The notes: generated from the letters alone by a model not told the origin. DNA of 55,302 nt from a virus (IMGVR_UViG_3300021964_000086:1-55302), one strand, 5' to 3'. Positions 36,397 to 46,769 are shown, counted from the first letter of the stretch. Numbers and translations are program-made.

Positions 36397-38099
36397 TCTA
36401 CTACCTTTGTAAAGTTTCCTACCTTTTCATATTTTATTATATTCTTAAATCTATCTGCTATCATATCTGTTTTGTGTGATATAATAAAGACATTCTCATT
36501 TTCTAATGTATTCAATATTTTTAAAAAATCATCTGTGCCTTGACCATCAAGACTACTATCAAATATCTCATCTAACATTAACAGATTACATGATATACTA
36601 TTTTTCATCTTTGCAATAGCACGCCATGTAAACAATAATGCTAAATTAATTCTCATCTTTTCACCTTCACTAAAACTTGCATATGTAAATTCATCACGAT
36701 ATCTACTTCTTATTGTTTCTTTAAACTCATTATCTAATTTAAAATTAACAAAGAAATCCATACTTGCCAAATATTTGTTAATTAATTGATTGATAATTGG
36801 TAAGTATTGTTTGATAACTTTTGTCTTAATACCAGAATCCATTAACATTGTTTTGGCTGCTTGTAAATAATCAAGTTCCTCTGTTTTAATTAATTTGTTT
36901 TTTTCTTTTACAGAATGTTCTTCTTCTAATTGTTTTAGTTTACCTAATGCTTCACCATCTTCACTAGATTGTTTTTTTAGTTCTTCAATCTTATGTGCTA
37001 ATTTTGTGTTAATATTGTTTAACTCAACTTTTGATTGACCAAATTTAGCAATGTCAATTTCTGTTGTTCGTATATCTTGTTCAACGCTTTTAATTTTATT
37101 TAATCTGTTAGAAATTACTTGTATTTCTTTTTGAACATCTTCCATTGCTTGATTCCATTTCATTAACTCTTTATTGTTTTCTGAAATCAATTTGTCTTTA
37201 TTTGATAAAACTTGTTGACAGGTAGGACAGTTATTGTTGTCATCATAAAACTTTTTATGTTTATTACATTCTTTAAGTTTAGTATGAAACTGTGCTTGAA
37301 AATTATTAAGTTTGTCTATTTTATTGTTTGCGCCATCTTTATCATTTATTGATTCTTTAAGTTTTTGTATTTCGTGTTGTAATCCTTGTATGTGTGTATT
37401 ATATTTGTCTATGGCACTTTTATTATGATCTATTTTTTGTATTTCACTTTGTACTTCTATATCTGATCTATTACTTAAATTATTGATATATTCTTTTTGT
37501 GTATCTATTTTATTTTGAACAATATCCAACTCTCTTAATATGTCTTTGACTTGTTCGTCCATTTCTTTTATTCTTATCTTTGTCAGCATACTCATTACAG
37601 AGAATACTTTAATGTCAAGTATATCTTCAATAATCTCTCGTCTGTGTGCTGTCTTTAATTCCATAAACGGAACAAAGGTAGATGCACCAAGTATAACTAC
37701 TTGTGTAAAACTACGATAATTAAATTTAAGTATTTGTTGTTCTAACTGTTTTTGATAATCAGCAATTGTAGCATCTTGATTAAGTAATTCATCATTTAAA
37801 TAAATCTCGAATATATTAGGTTTGATGCCTCGTCTAATTTTATAACGATTAGATGATATACGAAACTCTAACTCAACCTCTGTGCCACCAAGATTGATAC
37901 TGTTGATTAATTGATCTTTCTTTATTTCTCTAAAAGGTTTATTAAACAAAGCAAAACACAAAGCGTCTAGTATAGTAGATTTACCTGCCCCATTGTGACC
38001 AACAATTAATGTTGTAGAATTATCATTCAAATTTGTTTCAATAAAACTATTACCAGAAGACAAGAAGTTTTTCCATCTTATTTTTTCAAATATTATCAT
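36393..38099 (-). CDS. gp46: Recombination endonuclease SMC-like subunit
   Basis: GHNGAGKST, CPTCQQ hook, FSEGEKMRI, LDEIFDSSLD, ISH. Confidence 0.97.
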   Translation of the reverse strand: MIIFEKIRWKNFLSSGNSFIETNLNDNSTTLIVGHNGAGKSTILDALCFALFNKPFREIKKDQLINSINLGGTEVELEFRISSNRYKIRRGIKPNIFEIYLNDELLNQDATIADYQKQLEQQILKFNYRSFTQVVILGASTFVPFMELKTAHRREIIEDILDIKVFSVMSMLTKIRIKEMDEQVKDILRELDIVQNKIDTQKEYINNLSNRSDIEVQSEIQKIDHNKSAIDKYNTHIQGLQHEIQKLKESINDKDGANNKIDKLNNFQAQFHTKLKECNKHKKFYDDNNNCPTCQQVLSNKDKLISENNKELMKWNQAMEDVQKEIQVISNRLNKIKSVEQDIRTTEIDIAKFGQSKVELNNINTKLAHKIEELKKQSSEDGEALGKLKQLEEEHSVKEKNKLIKTEELDYLQAAKTMLMDSGIKTKVIKQYLPIINQLINKYLASMDFFVNFKLDNEFKETIRSRYRDEFTYASFSEGEKMRINLALLFTWRAIAKMKNSISCNLLMLDEIFDSSLDGQGTDDFLKILNTLENENVFIISHKTDMIADRFKNIIKYEKVGNFTKVVE

Positions 38100-39145
38100 A
38101 TCTCTAAATCTCCTGCTTCTGTGTATAATGATTTCATTAATTTTTTCAATCTACTTTTTTCTAAATCTGTTTCAAGTTCATCAATATAATTATCTAATAG
38201 TGTAGGTGTATCTTCACTTTTTTCTGCAATATCATCTGCCACAGTAGAAGCATCTAAATCTGAATAATCTTCAATAATTTTTATATCATGTACATTGGTA
38301 TGTTTATAGAAACCATCAAGCCACTTATCAAACAAATAATAATCTTTTTTCTTTTCTACAATTACTTTGAGATATTTGTCTCTGTGTTCATCATAATTGT
38401 AAAGAAGTTTATATTCGTTTTCTTCATCATTATAATATATCTTCTCGTGTATAGTAAAAGGATTCTTAATATATTCTAATTCTCTTGTTTCTGTATCTAA
38501 TATGTGAAAACCTTTTTGACAATTATAATCATTCCAAATAAATTCATATTGACTACCTAGATAAAAGATATGACCATCATCAGATTTTTTATGAAAGTGA
38601 CCAGATAATACTTTTTCAAATCTACGAAATAGTTTTTTATCTAATCCACTATCTGCAAATGCACCATTAAACATTTCAAAACCTTTGACTTCTAAATGAC
38701 CTAAAACAATATCAGCACTTTCTTGTTCTAACATCATTGTCGTTTGTTCTAAGTTTTCTGGCGTGACCCAAGGAATATACAACATTCTCATGCCACCTTT
38801 TTCTATGACCGTAGGTTCTGCATAAACATTTCCCCAAGACATTAATTCTTGTGGAGCATTTATTTCATTTGTATTTTTATAATAGGTGTCGTGATTACCA
38901 ATGATAATATCTACATTTAAATTTTTTATACGATTAACAAACTTATTGTTAAAATCGTTTAATGTTTTAAAGTTTACAAATTTACGCCTATCTAATACAT
39001 CACCTAGATGTATGACATTTTCAATATTATGTTTCTCTAAGTATGGAAAAAATATCTCTTCCCAAAACTTATAGAAATACTTAGCGTAATTTGGGTTATC
39101 ATTACGAGCACCAAAGTGTGTGTCGTTAATTAAAGCAATTTTCAT
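38096..39145 (-). CDS. gp47: Recombination nuclease, Mre11-like
   Basis: DTHFG, LGDVLDRR, GNHD, GHFH. Confidence 0.97.
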   Translation of the reverse strand: MKIALINDTHFGARNDNPNYAKYFYKFWEEIFFPYLEKHNIENVIHLGDVLDRRKFVNFKTLNDFNNKFVNRIKNLNVDIIIGNHDTYYKNTNEINAPQELMSWGNVYAEPTVIEKGGMRMLYIPWVTPENLEQTTMMLEQESADIVLGHLEVKGFEMFNGAFADSGLDKKLFRRFEKVLSGHFHKKSDDGHIFYLGSQYEFIWNDYNCQKGFHILDTETRELEYIKNPFTIHEKIYYNDEENEYKLLYNYDEHRDKYLKVIVEKKKDYYLFDKWLDGFYKHTNVHDIKIIEDYSDLDASTVADDIAEKSEDTPTLLDNYIDELETDLEKSRLKKLMKSLYTEAGDLEI

Positions 39146-39148
39146 AAT

Positions 39149-39697
39149 TTACATAAAAAATTCTAATTTAGTAATCTTCTTTCTTTTAAGTTTAGGTTTA
39201 TCTTTCTTTACTGGTTCTTCTTCTATAATCATATTCTTTCTTAAAAAGTCAGCATATGAATTTTGATATTCTTCGTTATCACCTTCTTGTCTAACTATTT
39301 CATCAAGACCTGATTTAAGTATAAGTTTTTGTTTAATTGTTGTTTGTTTCTTTTCTTTTTGTATTCTTCTTATAAATGCATAATATATAATTTGTGTAAA
39401 ATATGCAAAAGGATTACTTGATTTCTCTGGATCAAAATTTGCTACATAAGTTAAACAATTTTCTATACCATCAGATATCATATCTTCTTTGTATGTGTAG
39501 TTTATAAAATTTGGTCTGTAAGATAAGTGATTTGCAATCTTTAAAAAACATTCACCTATGTAATCGCTAATGGGTGGATCTTTTCTATTTCTATTTCTTG
39601 CGGATAATACTTTCTTACGATACTTTTTCATTTCTTCTAGAAATTTTTTATTATCTACATAATGCTCTGTCTTTTTTCTTTTCAATTGTACAGTCAT
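39149..39697 (-). CDS. gp55: Late-transcription sigma factor
   Basis: HYVDNKKF, YIGECFLKIA..LS.RPNF..Y..EDMISDGIENC, NPFAYFTQI. Confidence 0.96.
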   Translation of the reverse strand: MTVQLKRKKTEHYVDNKKFLEEMKKYRKKVLSARNRNRKDPPISDYIGECFLKIANHLSYRPNFINYTYKEDMISDGIENCLTYVANFDPEKSSNPFAYFTQIIYYAFIRRIQKEKKQTTIKQKLILKSGLDEIVRQEGDNEEYQNSYADFLRKNMIIEEEPVKKDKPKLKRKKITKLEFFM

Positions 39698-39720
39698 AGT
39701 ATTACTCCTAAATTTAAATT

Positions 39721-39749
39721 ATTCTATCAGGATATAGTATATTTGTCAA
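39721..39749 (-). promoter_or_regulatory. Early promoter of gp55-47-46 (CCTGA family)
   Basis: TTGACA-12nt-CCTGA-TAGAAT. Confidence 0.8.
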
Positions 39750-39805
39750 GGGTTATATACAAGATTTTGTAAAATAATTTTTTTTGATTTTTTTGAATTT
39801 TTTTC

Positions 39806-39834
39806 TTGACAAATGACATTTTGCCTTGTATAAT
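39806..39834 (+). promoter_or_regulatory. Perfect sigma70 promoter on the antisense strand
   Basis: TTGACA-17nt-TATAAT preceded by T-tracts. Confidence 0.75.
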
Positions 39835-39865
39835 CCGGTATGTCCGGTTTGCAAGAGATATAGTA

Positions 39866-40321
39866 TTAGTGAGACTTAATCTTACCTTTGAGATACTGTA
39901 TCGTTTGATAGTATTCTTCATCTGACATTTCATCTAATACTTGTTCAAATGGTTTATCTGATTGACCTTTTGAAGGTAGAGGTTGTAATTCTTTTTTCAT
40001 TGATGGATATAATCCCATTCTAACATTATTATAATATTCTGTCAAGTTATCATTTGGTTTTCCTATTGTCATTATATGAGTTTTATGTAATGAATACACT
40101 TTGTCTATTGTTTGAAAAGTCCAAGGTGTAAGTGACATTCTTTCTTCAACAAAATATGTTTTATCATCAACAGCATTTTCATGTATTCTAATTTTATAAG
40201 GTTCATGTAATCTAACAAAATCAGAGCCTTCTTCGACTGTCATACCAGCGATTACTTGCTGATTGTTTGATAACATGATTACTCTTGGACTAGGTATTGT
40301 TGTTGTTTTTGTTTCTGTCAT
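39866..40321 (-). CDS. Conserved hypothetical protein (Sm-like fold candidate) between uvsW and gp55
   Basis: IMLSNNQQVIA..LHEPYKI..LTPW..Y; T4-like synteny. Confidence 0.6.
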   Translation of the reverse strand: MTETKTTTIPSPRVIMLSNNQQVIAGMTVEEGSDFVRLHEPYKIRIHENAVDDKTYFVEERMSLTPWTFQTIDKVYSLHKTHIMTIGKPNDNLTEYYNNVRMGLYPSMKKELQPLPSKGQSDKPFEQVLDEMSDEEYYQTIQYLKGKIKSH

Positions 40322-40329
40322 ATAAGTAT

Positions 40330-41799
40330 TTATCTTATGTCAACATGATCAAGTTCATAGTCAAGTTCTTGTTCAGAGTACACATTTATTCTTTCCATAA
40401 AGTGATTAAGGGTAAAGTTTCTTTGCTCTTTCCATGAGAAATCATCAGCAACATCATACAAAGTTGCTTTAACTTTATTGTCACCAAGACGCAACCCACG
40501 ACCAAGAGACTGTAAAATTCGTACTTTAGATTTGGTAGGACTTGCAAATATAACATTGTGAAGATTCCTAATATTAATACCAGTAGAAAAGGTTCCGTAA
40601 CTCGCAACGATAATGGCATTGTTTTCATTTTCTGTAATACTCCTGACTGTTTCACGATCTTTGGTTTCTGTGCCACCATAGACGAAAAACAGTTTTCGTG
40701 TTTGATGATCTAAGGTATCACCTATGAGACTGTGTAATACTCGACCATGTTTTTCTACATATTGAAATAAAACTAAAGTATTACCAGTTCTTGTTTTTGT
40801 TAGATTGCGAATGAATCTATTGCGTTTCTCATGTGACACTATATAGTCCATTTCTTCTTGGTAGTTTAGTTTCTTCACATGTTTACATTCATCTTGTGAA
40901 TATTTCAGTATGAGACATTGTATTTGTAAGTCCGCTAGTTGTTTCTTATCTATCAGTTCTCGTGTAGAAATTACACTATGCACGGTACCAAACAAACCCT
41001 CTAAAACTAACTTATGCACTTTACTATCATCTAATGTACCAGTAGTGCCTATACGATATTTCGCATTAACACAAGCACTCATAATTTTTTGTAATTCTTT
41101 AGATTTGTATAGATGTGCTTCGTCACCTATGACACAATCAAACTTTTCAAAATACTTTTTATCAAAGGTGGCAAGTGATTGCCATGTCGATATCACAACA
41201 GGTTTACTATCATCTATTTCATAACCATAGTATTTTCGTTGTACAAACTTTTCTGCTTCCCAACCATAATCTTCAAAATCTTTATACATTTGTTCTACCA
41301 AAGATGTGGTGGGTACGATTAACAAACATTGTTTCTCTAATGAGGTAAGTAATCGTATGATACAATAAATGATTAATGACTTACCTGATGCAGTAGGTGA
41401 TAGTAATATTGCTCGTTTATGATTGATCGCATGAGAAAACGCTGAGAGTTGATAATCTCGTATTTTGATTGAATCCTTAATAATTTTGTCTGCGAACTTA
41501 GAAAAAGTGTTGCTCAGCACGCCGCTAAGCGTGTTTTCAAGACCCTCTCGTATGATTGTACCCCCCGTATTTTGCATAAAATGTTCAACATAAGGCAACA
41601 GTCCGTAATATAACTTACCAGTTGCTTTTGAGAATAATCGTATCTGACCATCCCATCGTTTGGCACGAACACTTGGCATAAATGAAGCACCAGGTACTTT
41701 GAAAGTAAAAAATTCAGATAGTTCTTGCAGTAAACCTAAATCTTCACTTGTACACTTGATATAAGATTCATTATACTTTGTTATTTTTAATTCTCTCAT
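40330..41799 (-). CDS. uvsW: SF2 DNA helicase UvsW
   Basis: RDYQ, SPTASGKS, GDEAH, TGTL, FSTGIN, QSLGRGLR. Confidence 0.96.
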   Translation of the reverse strand: MRELKITKYNESYIKCTSEDLGLLQELSEFFTFKVPGASFMPSVRAKRWDGQIRLFSKATGKLYYGLLPYVEHFMQNTGGTIIREGLENTLSGVLSNTFSKFADKIIKDSIKIRDYQLSAFSHAINHKRAILLSPTASGKSLIIYCIIRLLTSLEKQCLLIVPTTSLVEQMYKDFEDYGWEAEKFVQRKYYGYEIDDSKPVVISTWQSLATFDKKYFEKFDCVIGDEAHLYKSKELQKIMSACVNAKYRIGTTGTLDDSKVHKLVLEGLFGTVHSVISTRELIDKKQLADLQIQCLILKYSQDECKHVKKLNYQEEMDYIVSHEKRNRFIRNLTKTRTGNTLVLFQYVEKHGRVLHSLIGDTLDHQTRKLFFVYGGTETKDRETVRSITENENNAIIVASYGTFSTGINIRNLHNVIFASPTKSKVRILQSLGRGLRLGDNKVKATLYDVADDFSWKEQRNFTLNHFMERINVYSEQELDYELDHVDIR

Positions 41800-42598
41800 T
41801 TAATTCTTCGTATGAAATGTTTGACCAATATTTTCTTTCTAATTTTTCTATCTCTGGTATAGGTTCACCCACATGTATAAACTCGTGATCCGTGTCATAT
41901 TTGTTTATTAGTTTAATTGTGTGTTTTATCCAGTTTTGAGGATCAATCGCTTGTGCTTGAGACCCTACATATCCTGTTGTGCCTTTGTAGATGTTGTTCA
42001 CTTGTTTTGACTTCGAATGATAATCGTATCCTATCAGATATATCTTGTTGTCCACATCTGCTGCCATTAACGCAATCAAGACACCTGCGTTTGTCTTCTC
42101 TTGTTGGTACTTGCCCAATCCCATTACTTTGTCTTTTTTCTTTGTCCATGTTATTTTATATCCTTCTTGATCTTCACCAAAATGTAACTTAAAATCATCT
42201 TCATGCCAATCTTTGTGTTTTTCACGAAACTGCCTCATTACATCTACATTATTTGCCCAACATGTAAAGAATCTTTTCTTTTCTCCTGGCCATTCATGTT
42301 CATCTGTATAATCTTCTATATTATCTACATCACCTATAAACTTTTTTATTATCTCTGGTTCAAACAATTTGTCGTACATAGTGTGTGGATTTTTTTCCCA
42401 TGCTCGTAAATAAACAGTATGATCAAATGCATAACCACTACGATATATCTCATGACAGATATTGTAATCCATACCTACTAATACATCTGGTGCAAAATCT
42501 CTATACAATCCATTACAACCATATATCTTACCAAATGATCTAAGTTGTTCTAAATCAAAGTCTTTTCGACTTTCTCCATTACCTATACAGAATATCAT
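41771..42598 (-). CDS. Hypothetical Rossmann-like protein (MAF/DUF115/GT29-like N-terminus)
   Basis: IGNGESR...YGCNGLYRDFAPDVLVGMD...IYLIGYD. Confidence 0.55.
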   Translation of the reverse strand: MIFCIGNGESRKDFDLEQLRSFGKIYGCNGLYRDFAPDVLVGMDYNICHEIYRSGYAFDHTVYLRAWEKNPHTMYDKLFEPEIIKKFIGDVDNIEDYTDEHEWPGEKKRFFTCWANNVDVMRQFREKHKDWHEDDFKLHFGEDQEGYKITWTKKKDKVMGLGKYQQEKTNAGVLIALMAADVDNKIYLIGYDYHSKSKQVNNIYKGTTGYVGSQAQAIDPQNWIKHTIKLINKYDTDHEFIHVGEPIPEIEKLERKYWSNISYEELNERIKNNKV

Positions 42599-43092
42599 TT
42601 TTTTACCTCAAAATTTAAATTAATATTTACTCTCATATTTTGATCTGTTTGTGTAACTGATCTATGTGGTGTTCCGCCATCAAAAACTATTGCTTGATTT
42701 TCGATAGAATTAAACTTTGTGCCATTTTCAAATTCTGTGTAACCATTATTTGTATTAATACTTAATAAACAAACTTTATGTTTTTTGTGTTGATCTATAT
42801 GATATTCATGTTTAACATGTTTGTGTTGATTAGTGTACCAATTTGCTTTTGCTCGAATTAAAATATCTTTAGTAATTTTTAGTTTTTTAATTATAGGATC
42901 TATTATTCCTTCAAATATCTCTGGTGTTGTATTCACTTCATAACTGTGATGAAATAAATGAAAAAACATAAACTGTCTATCTGAACGAAGCGCAACAGCA
43001 TCATTATAATACCAAGGCATTCTAGGACTTAACATAAAATCTTGTATTTCTTTAAAAGTCTTTTTAGGTAAAAAGTTTTTGTATATTTTCAT
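42595..43092 (-). CDS. 2OG-Fe(II) oxygenase
   Basis: RAKAN, HID (HxD), NGYTEF, PHRS, RVNINLNF. Confidence 0.85.
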   Translation of the reverse strand: MKIYKNFLPKKTFKEIQDFMLSPRMPWYYNDAVALRSDRQFMFFHLFHHSYEVNTTPEIFEGIIDPIIKKLKITKDILIRAKANWYTNQHKHVKHEYHIDQHKKHKVCLLSINTNNGYTEFENGTKFNSIENQAIVFDGGTPHRSVTQTDQNMRVNINLNFEVKK

Positions 43093-43520
43093 TACATACT
43101 ACCCATAGTAAACTTTTTCCATTCTATTGCATTTTTAATTTGAAATGTACGATTGTTTATTTGTTTTAATGTGTTTTCACAATAATTACATATTTGTTTG
43201 AGATACTCAATCTTTTGTCTTGACTTCATAATATCTTCATCAGCATCAATAAACTTATCTACATCTTGTCGTAATACCTTTAAATCAAAGTTTGTATCTT
43301 TGTATTCTTGTGGTTCTGCTTTACCAGTATAGAACAACCACTTTTTTAAATGTAGTTGTGAATGATCGCCCTCTGCTTTTTTTAACATAAGAGCATATGT
43401 AGAATATGTTTTGAGATATTGAGAATGTAGTTGTGGGGTCTTTAGACTTTCTAGGTCTAGTTCAGTATCATCAATTTTCAGGTCTTTCTCGACCTGAGCT
43501 TGTAGCTCATCAAGTGTCAT
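43092..43520 (-). CDS. uvsY: Recombination mediator UvsY
   Basis: DLKID..LDLESLKTPQLHSQY...YTGKA...RTFQIKNAIEW.KF. Confidence 0.93.
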   Translation of the reverse strand: MTLDELQAQVEKDLKIDDTELDLESLKTPQLHSQYLKTYSTYALMLKKAEGDHSQLHLKKWLFYTGKAEPQEYKDTNFDLKVLRQDVDKFIDADEDIMKSRQKIEYLKQICNYCENTLKQINNRTFQIKNAIEWKKFTMGSM

Positions 43521-43548
43521 AATTTAATCCTTTGTATTATATAGTAAA

Positions 43549-44148
43549 CTAAAAAGGGGTCGTATATTTGTGTAGTTTATAACCAAATGTTACTGTTGCA
43601 GTAAGATATTCTACATCAGTTGCACTTTGATTATAATTTAAACCAGATAATGATTTAGGATATGTATCTTCAAAAGTTAACTCAACAATTGGAATATTTC
43701 TTGCTGACAATATAATCATTTTTGCATCTGAAAATATTGCACCATCATTAGTTGCTGTTGTTACTCTACCAGCATCTTGAAGATTTGTTTGTTGAGATAA
43801 TGGCATACGATCACCGCCATCTGTAATTAGTTCACGATATTTGTCATCACTATCCATTTGTGCAAGACCAGCCATCCAGTCATGTACACTTCGATAATTT
43901 GTCAAATCTTCGTCAACAATAAAAGTTACAGATAAGTCTTCAAATGTCATATCATTACCAGGTATTCTTACAGGCATTAATCGTGTAGGTTGATTTAATT
44001 CTGTAAGTGTAATACCAGGAATATTTGCCTGAATAGAGTTAAATTCTACTCTAGGCAGTTTGGTAATTTGAAACTTAAACTTTGTAGGATCTGCATAGTC
44101 TAATCCAGACCCACTTGGTTGTTTACTTGATAATGTTGTATCTGTCAT
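43549..44148 (-). CDS. gp3: Tail tube terminator/completion protein
   Basis: FKFQI.KLP.VEF..Q.ANIPGI...FIVDEDL.NY..VHDW; start MTDTT behind late promoter CATAAATA (44156-44163). Confidence 0.85.
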   Translation of the reverse strand: MTDTTLSSKQPSGSGLDYADPTKFKFQITKLPRVEFNSIQANIPGITLTELNQPTRLMPVRIPGNDMTFEDLSVTFIVDEDLTNYRSVHDWMAGLAQMDSDDKYRELITDGGDRMPLSQQTNLQDAGRVTTATNDGAIFSDAKMIILSARNIPIVELTFEDTYPKSLSGLNYNQSATDVEYLTATVTFGYKLHKYTTPF

Positions 44149-44166
44149 ATAATAGTATTTATGCAT

Positions 44167-44200
44167 AAAAAAAGGGGGAGTTTTGACGCCCCCCCCTTTT
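44167..44200 (-). terminator. Rho-independent terminator after gp23
   Basis: G-rich/C-rich stem followed by T7 on the minus strand. Confidence 0.8.
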
Positions 44201-44219
44201 TAATTAAGTTGAAAAAGTA

Positions 44220-45488
44220 TTACATTAAGTTAGTTACTTTAACCATTCTGTAATAGATGTTTGACTGATCAGTTCCAACATCAGTAGCCTGTGCTGAAGA
44301 CTCAGCGAAAGGATTTCTGATTAAACCATATCTGGTTTTGAAACCAATTTTTGGTTGGAATGTATCTTCTCCAACTGCTCTCACCATTTGTAGTGGAACA
44401 TATGGACAATAGAACATACCAGCGTCATAAGGTGATGTACCTTTATAACCTACAACATAGTATTGAGCAGCAGTATTGTTTGATGCATATGGATCAATAT
44501 ATACTTTGTATCTGCCGTTTAATGTACCAGCAAAAGTATTACCAGTATCATCTACATTTAGGCTATTGTTAAGAGCAGGAGTGTAATCTAATACACCAGC
44601 CATTTGTAATGCAGAAGCAACATCAGAAGAACAGATAATGATGTTACCTTTTCCTCTACGAGTTTCTTGAGCGATTACATTAGCATCTCTCTCTACTTGG
44701 AACATTAAACCTTTGAACTTCTCAACAGACCATCTACCGTTTGAATCAGTATCTAAGTCAAATGTACCTGAAGTTGTAGTGTTAATGTTTGCACCTTTTT
44801 TTGCTTTTTCGTAAATTGTTCTTACTACTTCTCTGTTGATCTCAGCAAGGATCTCAGCAGATAAGATGTTAGCCAATTCAGTTTCAGCGTCTAAACCGTG
44901 GATCGCTTTTAAGTCTTGAGCAAGTTCCATTGTGTACTCAGCTTTTAACTGTCTAGTTTTAGCTGTTACAGTTGACTTCTCAATACTGAAAGCCATCTCA
45001 GCGAATGATGAAGAAGCTTCAGCAGTTGCTGTTGCAATACCAGTACCAGCTGTTACGCTAGTTGTAGTATCGTTCATTAAACCTGGGTTTAGGGCAGCAG
45101 AACTATGAGTACCAGTTCCAGAGAAATCTGAATCTGCTTCGTTGAATAGCGCTTCTGTGCCTGAGTTTGAAGTAAATCTGGACTTCATTGCAAAGATCAG
45201 ACCAGTTGGTCCAGTCATTGGTTGAACGCCACAGATGTCGTATGCGATAAGATTAGGCATTGCTCTTCTTACCAATGAGATTAGGATTGGATCCCAGTTT
45301 GCTACAGCACTGTCACCAGTAATGTTTGCAATCTCACCGAGGAATGCTTTGTCTTCTTTCGCAGCTTTTTCTTGGTTTTCAAGGATAACAGCAGTTACCG
45401 CTTTCTTGTAAGGGTTTTCTATTTTTGGTAGATCGCCATGCTCAAGAACCGGAGCCCACTTTTCCTGTAAGTTTTGCGAATTAAACAT
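44220..45488 (-). CDS. gp23: Major capsid protein
   Basis: LVRRAMPNLIAYDICGVQPMTGPTGLIFAM, LKAEYTMELAQDLKAIHGLDAE, QPKIGFKTRYG. Confidence 0.99.
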   Translation of the reverse strand: MFNSQNLQEKWAPVLEHGDLPKIENPYKKAVTAVILENQEKAAKEDKAFLGEIANITGDSAVANWDPILISLVRRAMPNLIAYDICGVQPMTGPTGLIFAMKSRFTSNSGTEALFNEADSDFSGTGTHSSAALNPGLMNDTTTSVTAGTGIATATAEASSSFAEMAFSIEKSTVTAKTRQLKAEYTMELAQDLKAIHGLDAETELANILSAEILAEINREVVRTIYEKAKKGANINTTTSGTFDLDTDSNGRWSVEKFKGLMFQVERDANVIAQETRRGKGNIIICSSDVASALQMAGVLDYTPALNNSLNVDDTGNTFAGTLNGRYKVYIDPYASNNTAAQYYVVGYKGTSPYDAGMFYCPYVPLQMVRAVGEDTFQPKIGFKTRYGLIRNPFAESSAQATDVGTDQSNIYYRMVKVTNLM

Positions 45489-45509
45489 TGTGTTTATCTC
45501 TCCTTAGTT

Positions 45510-46769
45510 TTAATTTCCGTAGATATCTCTACTTTTTCCCCTACTGATTGCAGCCGCATATCTAGACATTGAATCACTCATATCAGATACTATGTTACCA
45601 TCATTGGAATTTTGTTGTACTGTGTCAACATTTTCTGTTGATTCAGGTGCTTTTGCTTGACCAAAATATGACTCTTTAATAGTTGCCAATTTTTTAGCAT
45701 AAGCATCAGCGTTCTCGAAAGATACATCTTCAGTTAAAGATTTGATCTTCTCTTTTTCAGTATCAGCTAAGCCTTCTACTGCTTGTTCAAAGATTTCGTC
45801 TTTTGTATATCCTTCGATTAACTTTTTGTCTTCAATAGACTTCTCAGTCATCTCATTGATCTTAGCTTTCATTTCTTCAAGCTCTTTTTCTTTTGCTTCC
45901 AGAATGTCATATTTCTCATCTGGAACATCAATGTAATGATCTTCGAATAACTGTTTTAGACCACCAATAAAGTCTTCAGCGATTTCGCCCTTGATACCTT
46001 TTTCGATAGCAAGTTCGTTATCAGCCATCCACTGTTCTACAATGTAGTTCAGATAGTTGTCGACTTTAGTTGTTAGTTCTTCTTTTACAGTTGCTTTTGC
46101 TTCGTCTAATTCTGAAGCGTATTCGCTTTCTAATCTTTCGATTTCAGATTTTACTTTAGACTTAACAGCAGCTTCAAAGATTGTAGCAGCCTTTGTTTTA
46201 AATTCTTCGGATAAAGAATCATCACCAGAAACTAAAGCATTAACATCATCTGATACATCAATAGATTTTACTCTTTGATCTACAGCTTCTTTGTTAATTT
46301 TTTTGCTTTCTTCCTTCTCTTCCTCATCATCTGATTCATCGTCACCATGCATAGCAGACATGATTTTTTTGTAAGAAGCAGCAATATCTGCTTTCTTCAT
46401 TTTGTTCATGTTGTCATACATTGCTTGAATCATACCAGATTTTGTCTTTGGCATTTCCATGATTTCGTCTTCGTCTTCTTTATCGTCTTCTTTTTCGTCC
46501 TCGTCACCGTTGTCCGCAGCCTCTTTTACTTTTAGAGGTTTTTCTGCTGGTGCGGCACCTTTTGTAGGAGCAGATGAGTCTTTCTTAACCTTGTCGTCTG
46601 CCTTGTCTTGACCTGGTTTTTGATCAGGTTTAACAAGTGCGGGTCCAAGATCCTCATAGTCGCCGCCTTTTTCCATCGGATCTGCTTTACCAGCGGATGC
46701 CTTTGGTGCGTCTGCGCCCTTAGGAGCTTCAGAAACGATTTCTTGTTCGTTTTTGATTTCTTCAGCCAT
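45510..46769 (-). CDS. gp22: Prohead core scaffold protein
   Basis: LSEEFKTKAATIFEAAV, VDNYLNYIVEQW..N.LAIE.GIK. Confidence 0.95.
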   Translation of the reverse strand: MAEEIKNEQEIVSEAPKGADAPKASAGKADPMEKGGDYEDLGPALVKPDQKPGQDKADDKVKKDSSAPTKGAAPAEKPLKVKEAADNGDEDEKEDDKEDEDEIMEMPKTKSGMIQAMYDNMNKMKKADIAASYKKIMSAMHGDDESDDEEEKEESKKINKEAVDQRVKSIDVSDDVNALVSGDDSLSEEFKTKAATIFEAAVKSKVKSEIERLESEYASELDEAKATVKEELTTKVDNYLNYIVEQWMADNELAIEKGIKGEIAEDFIGGLKQLFEDHYIDVPDEKYDILEAKEKELEEMKAKINEMTEKSIEDKKLIEGYTKDEIFEQAVEGLADTEKEKIKSLTEDVSFENADAYAKKLATIKESYFGQAKAPESTENVDTVQQNSNDGNIVSDMSDSMSRYAAAISRGKSRDIYGN

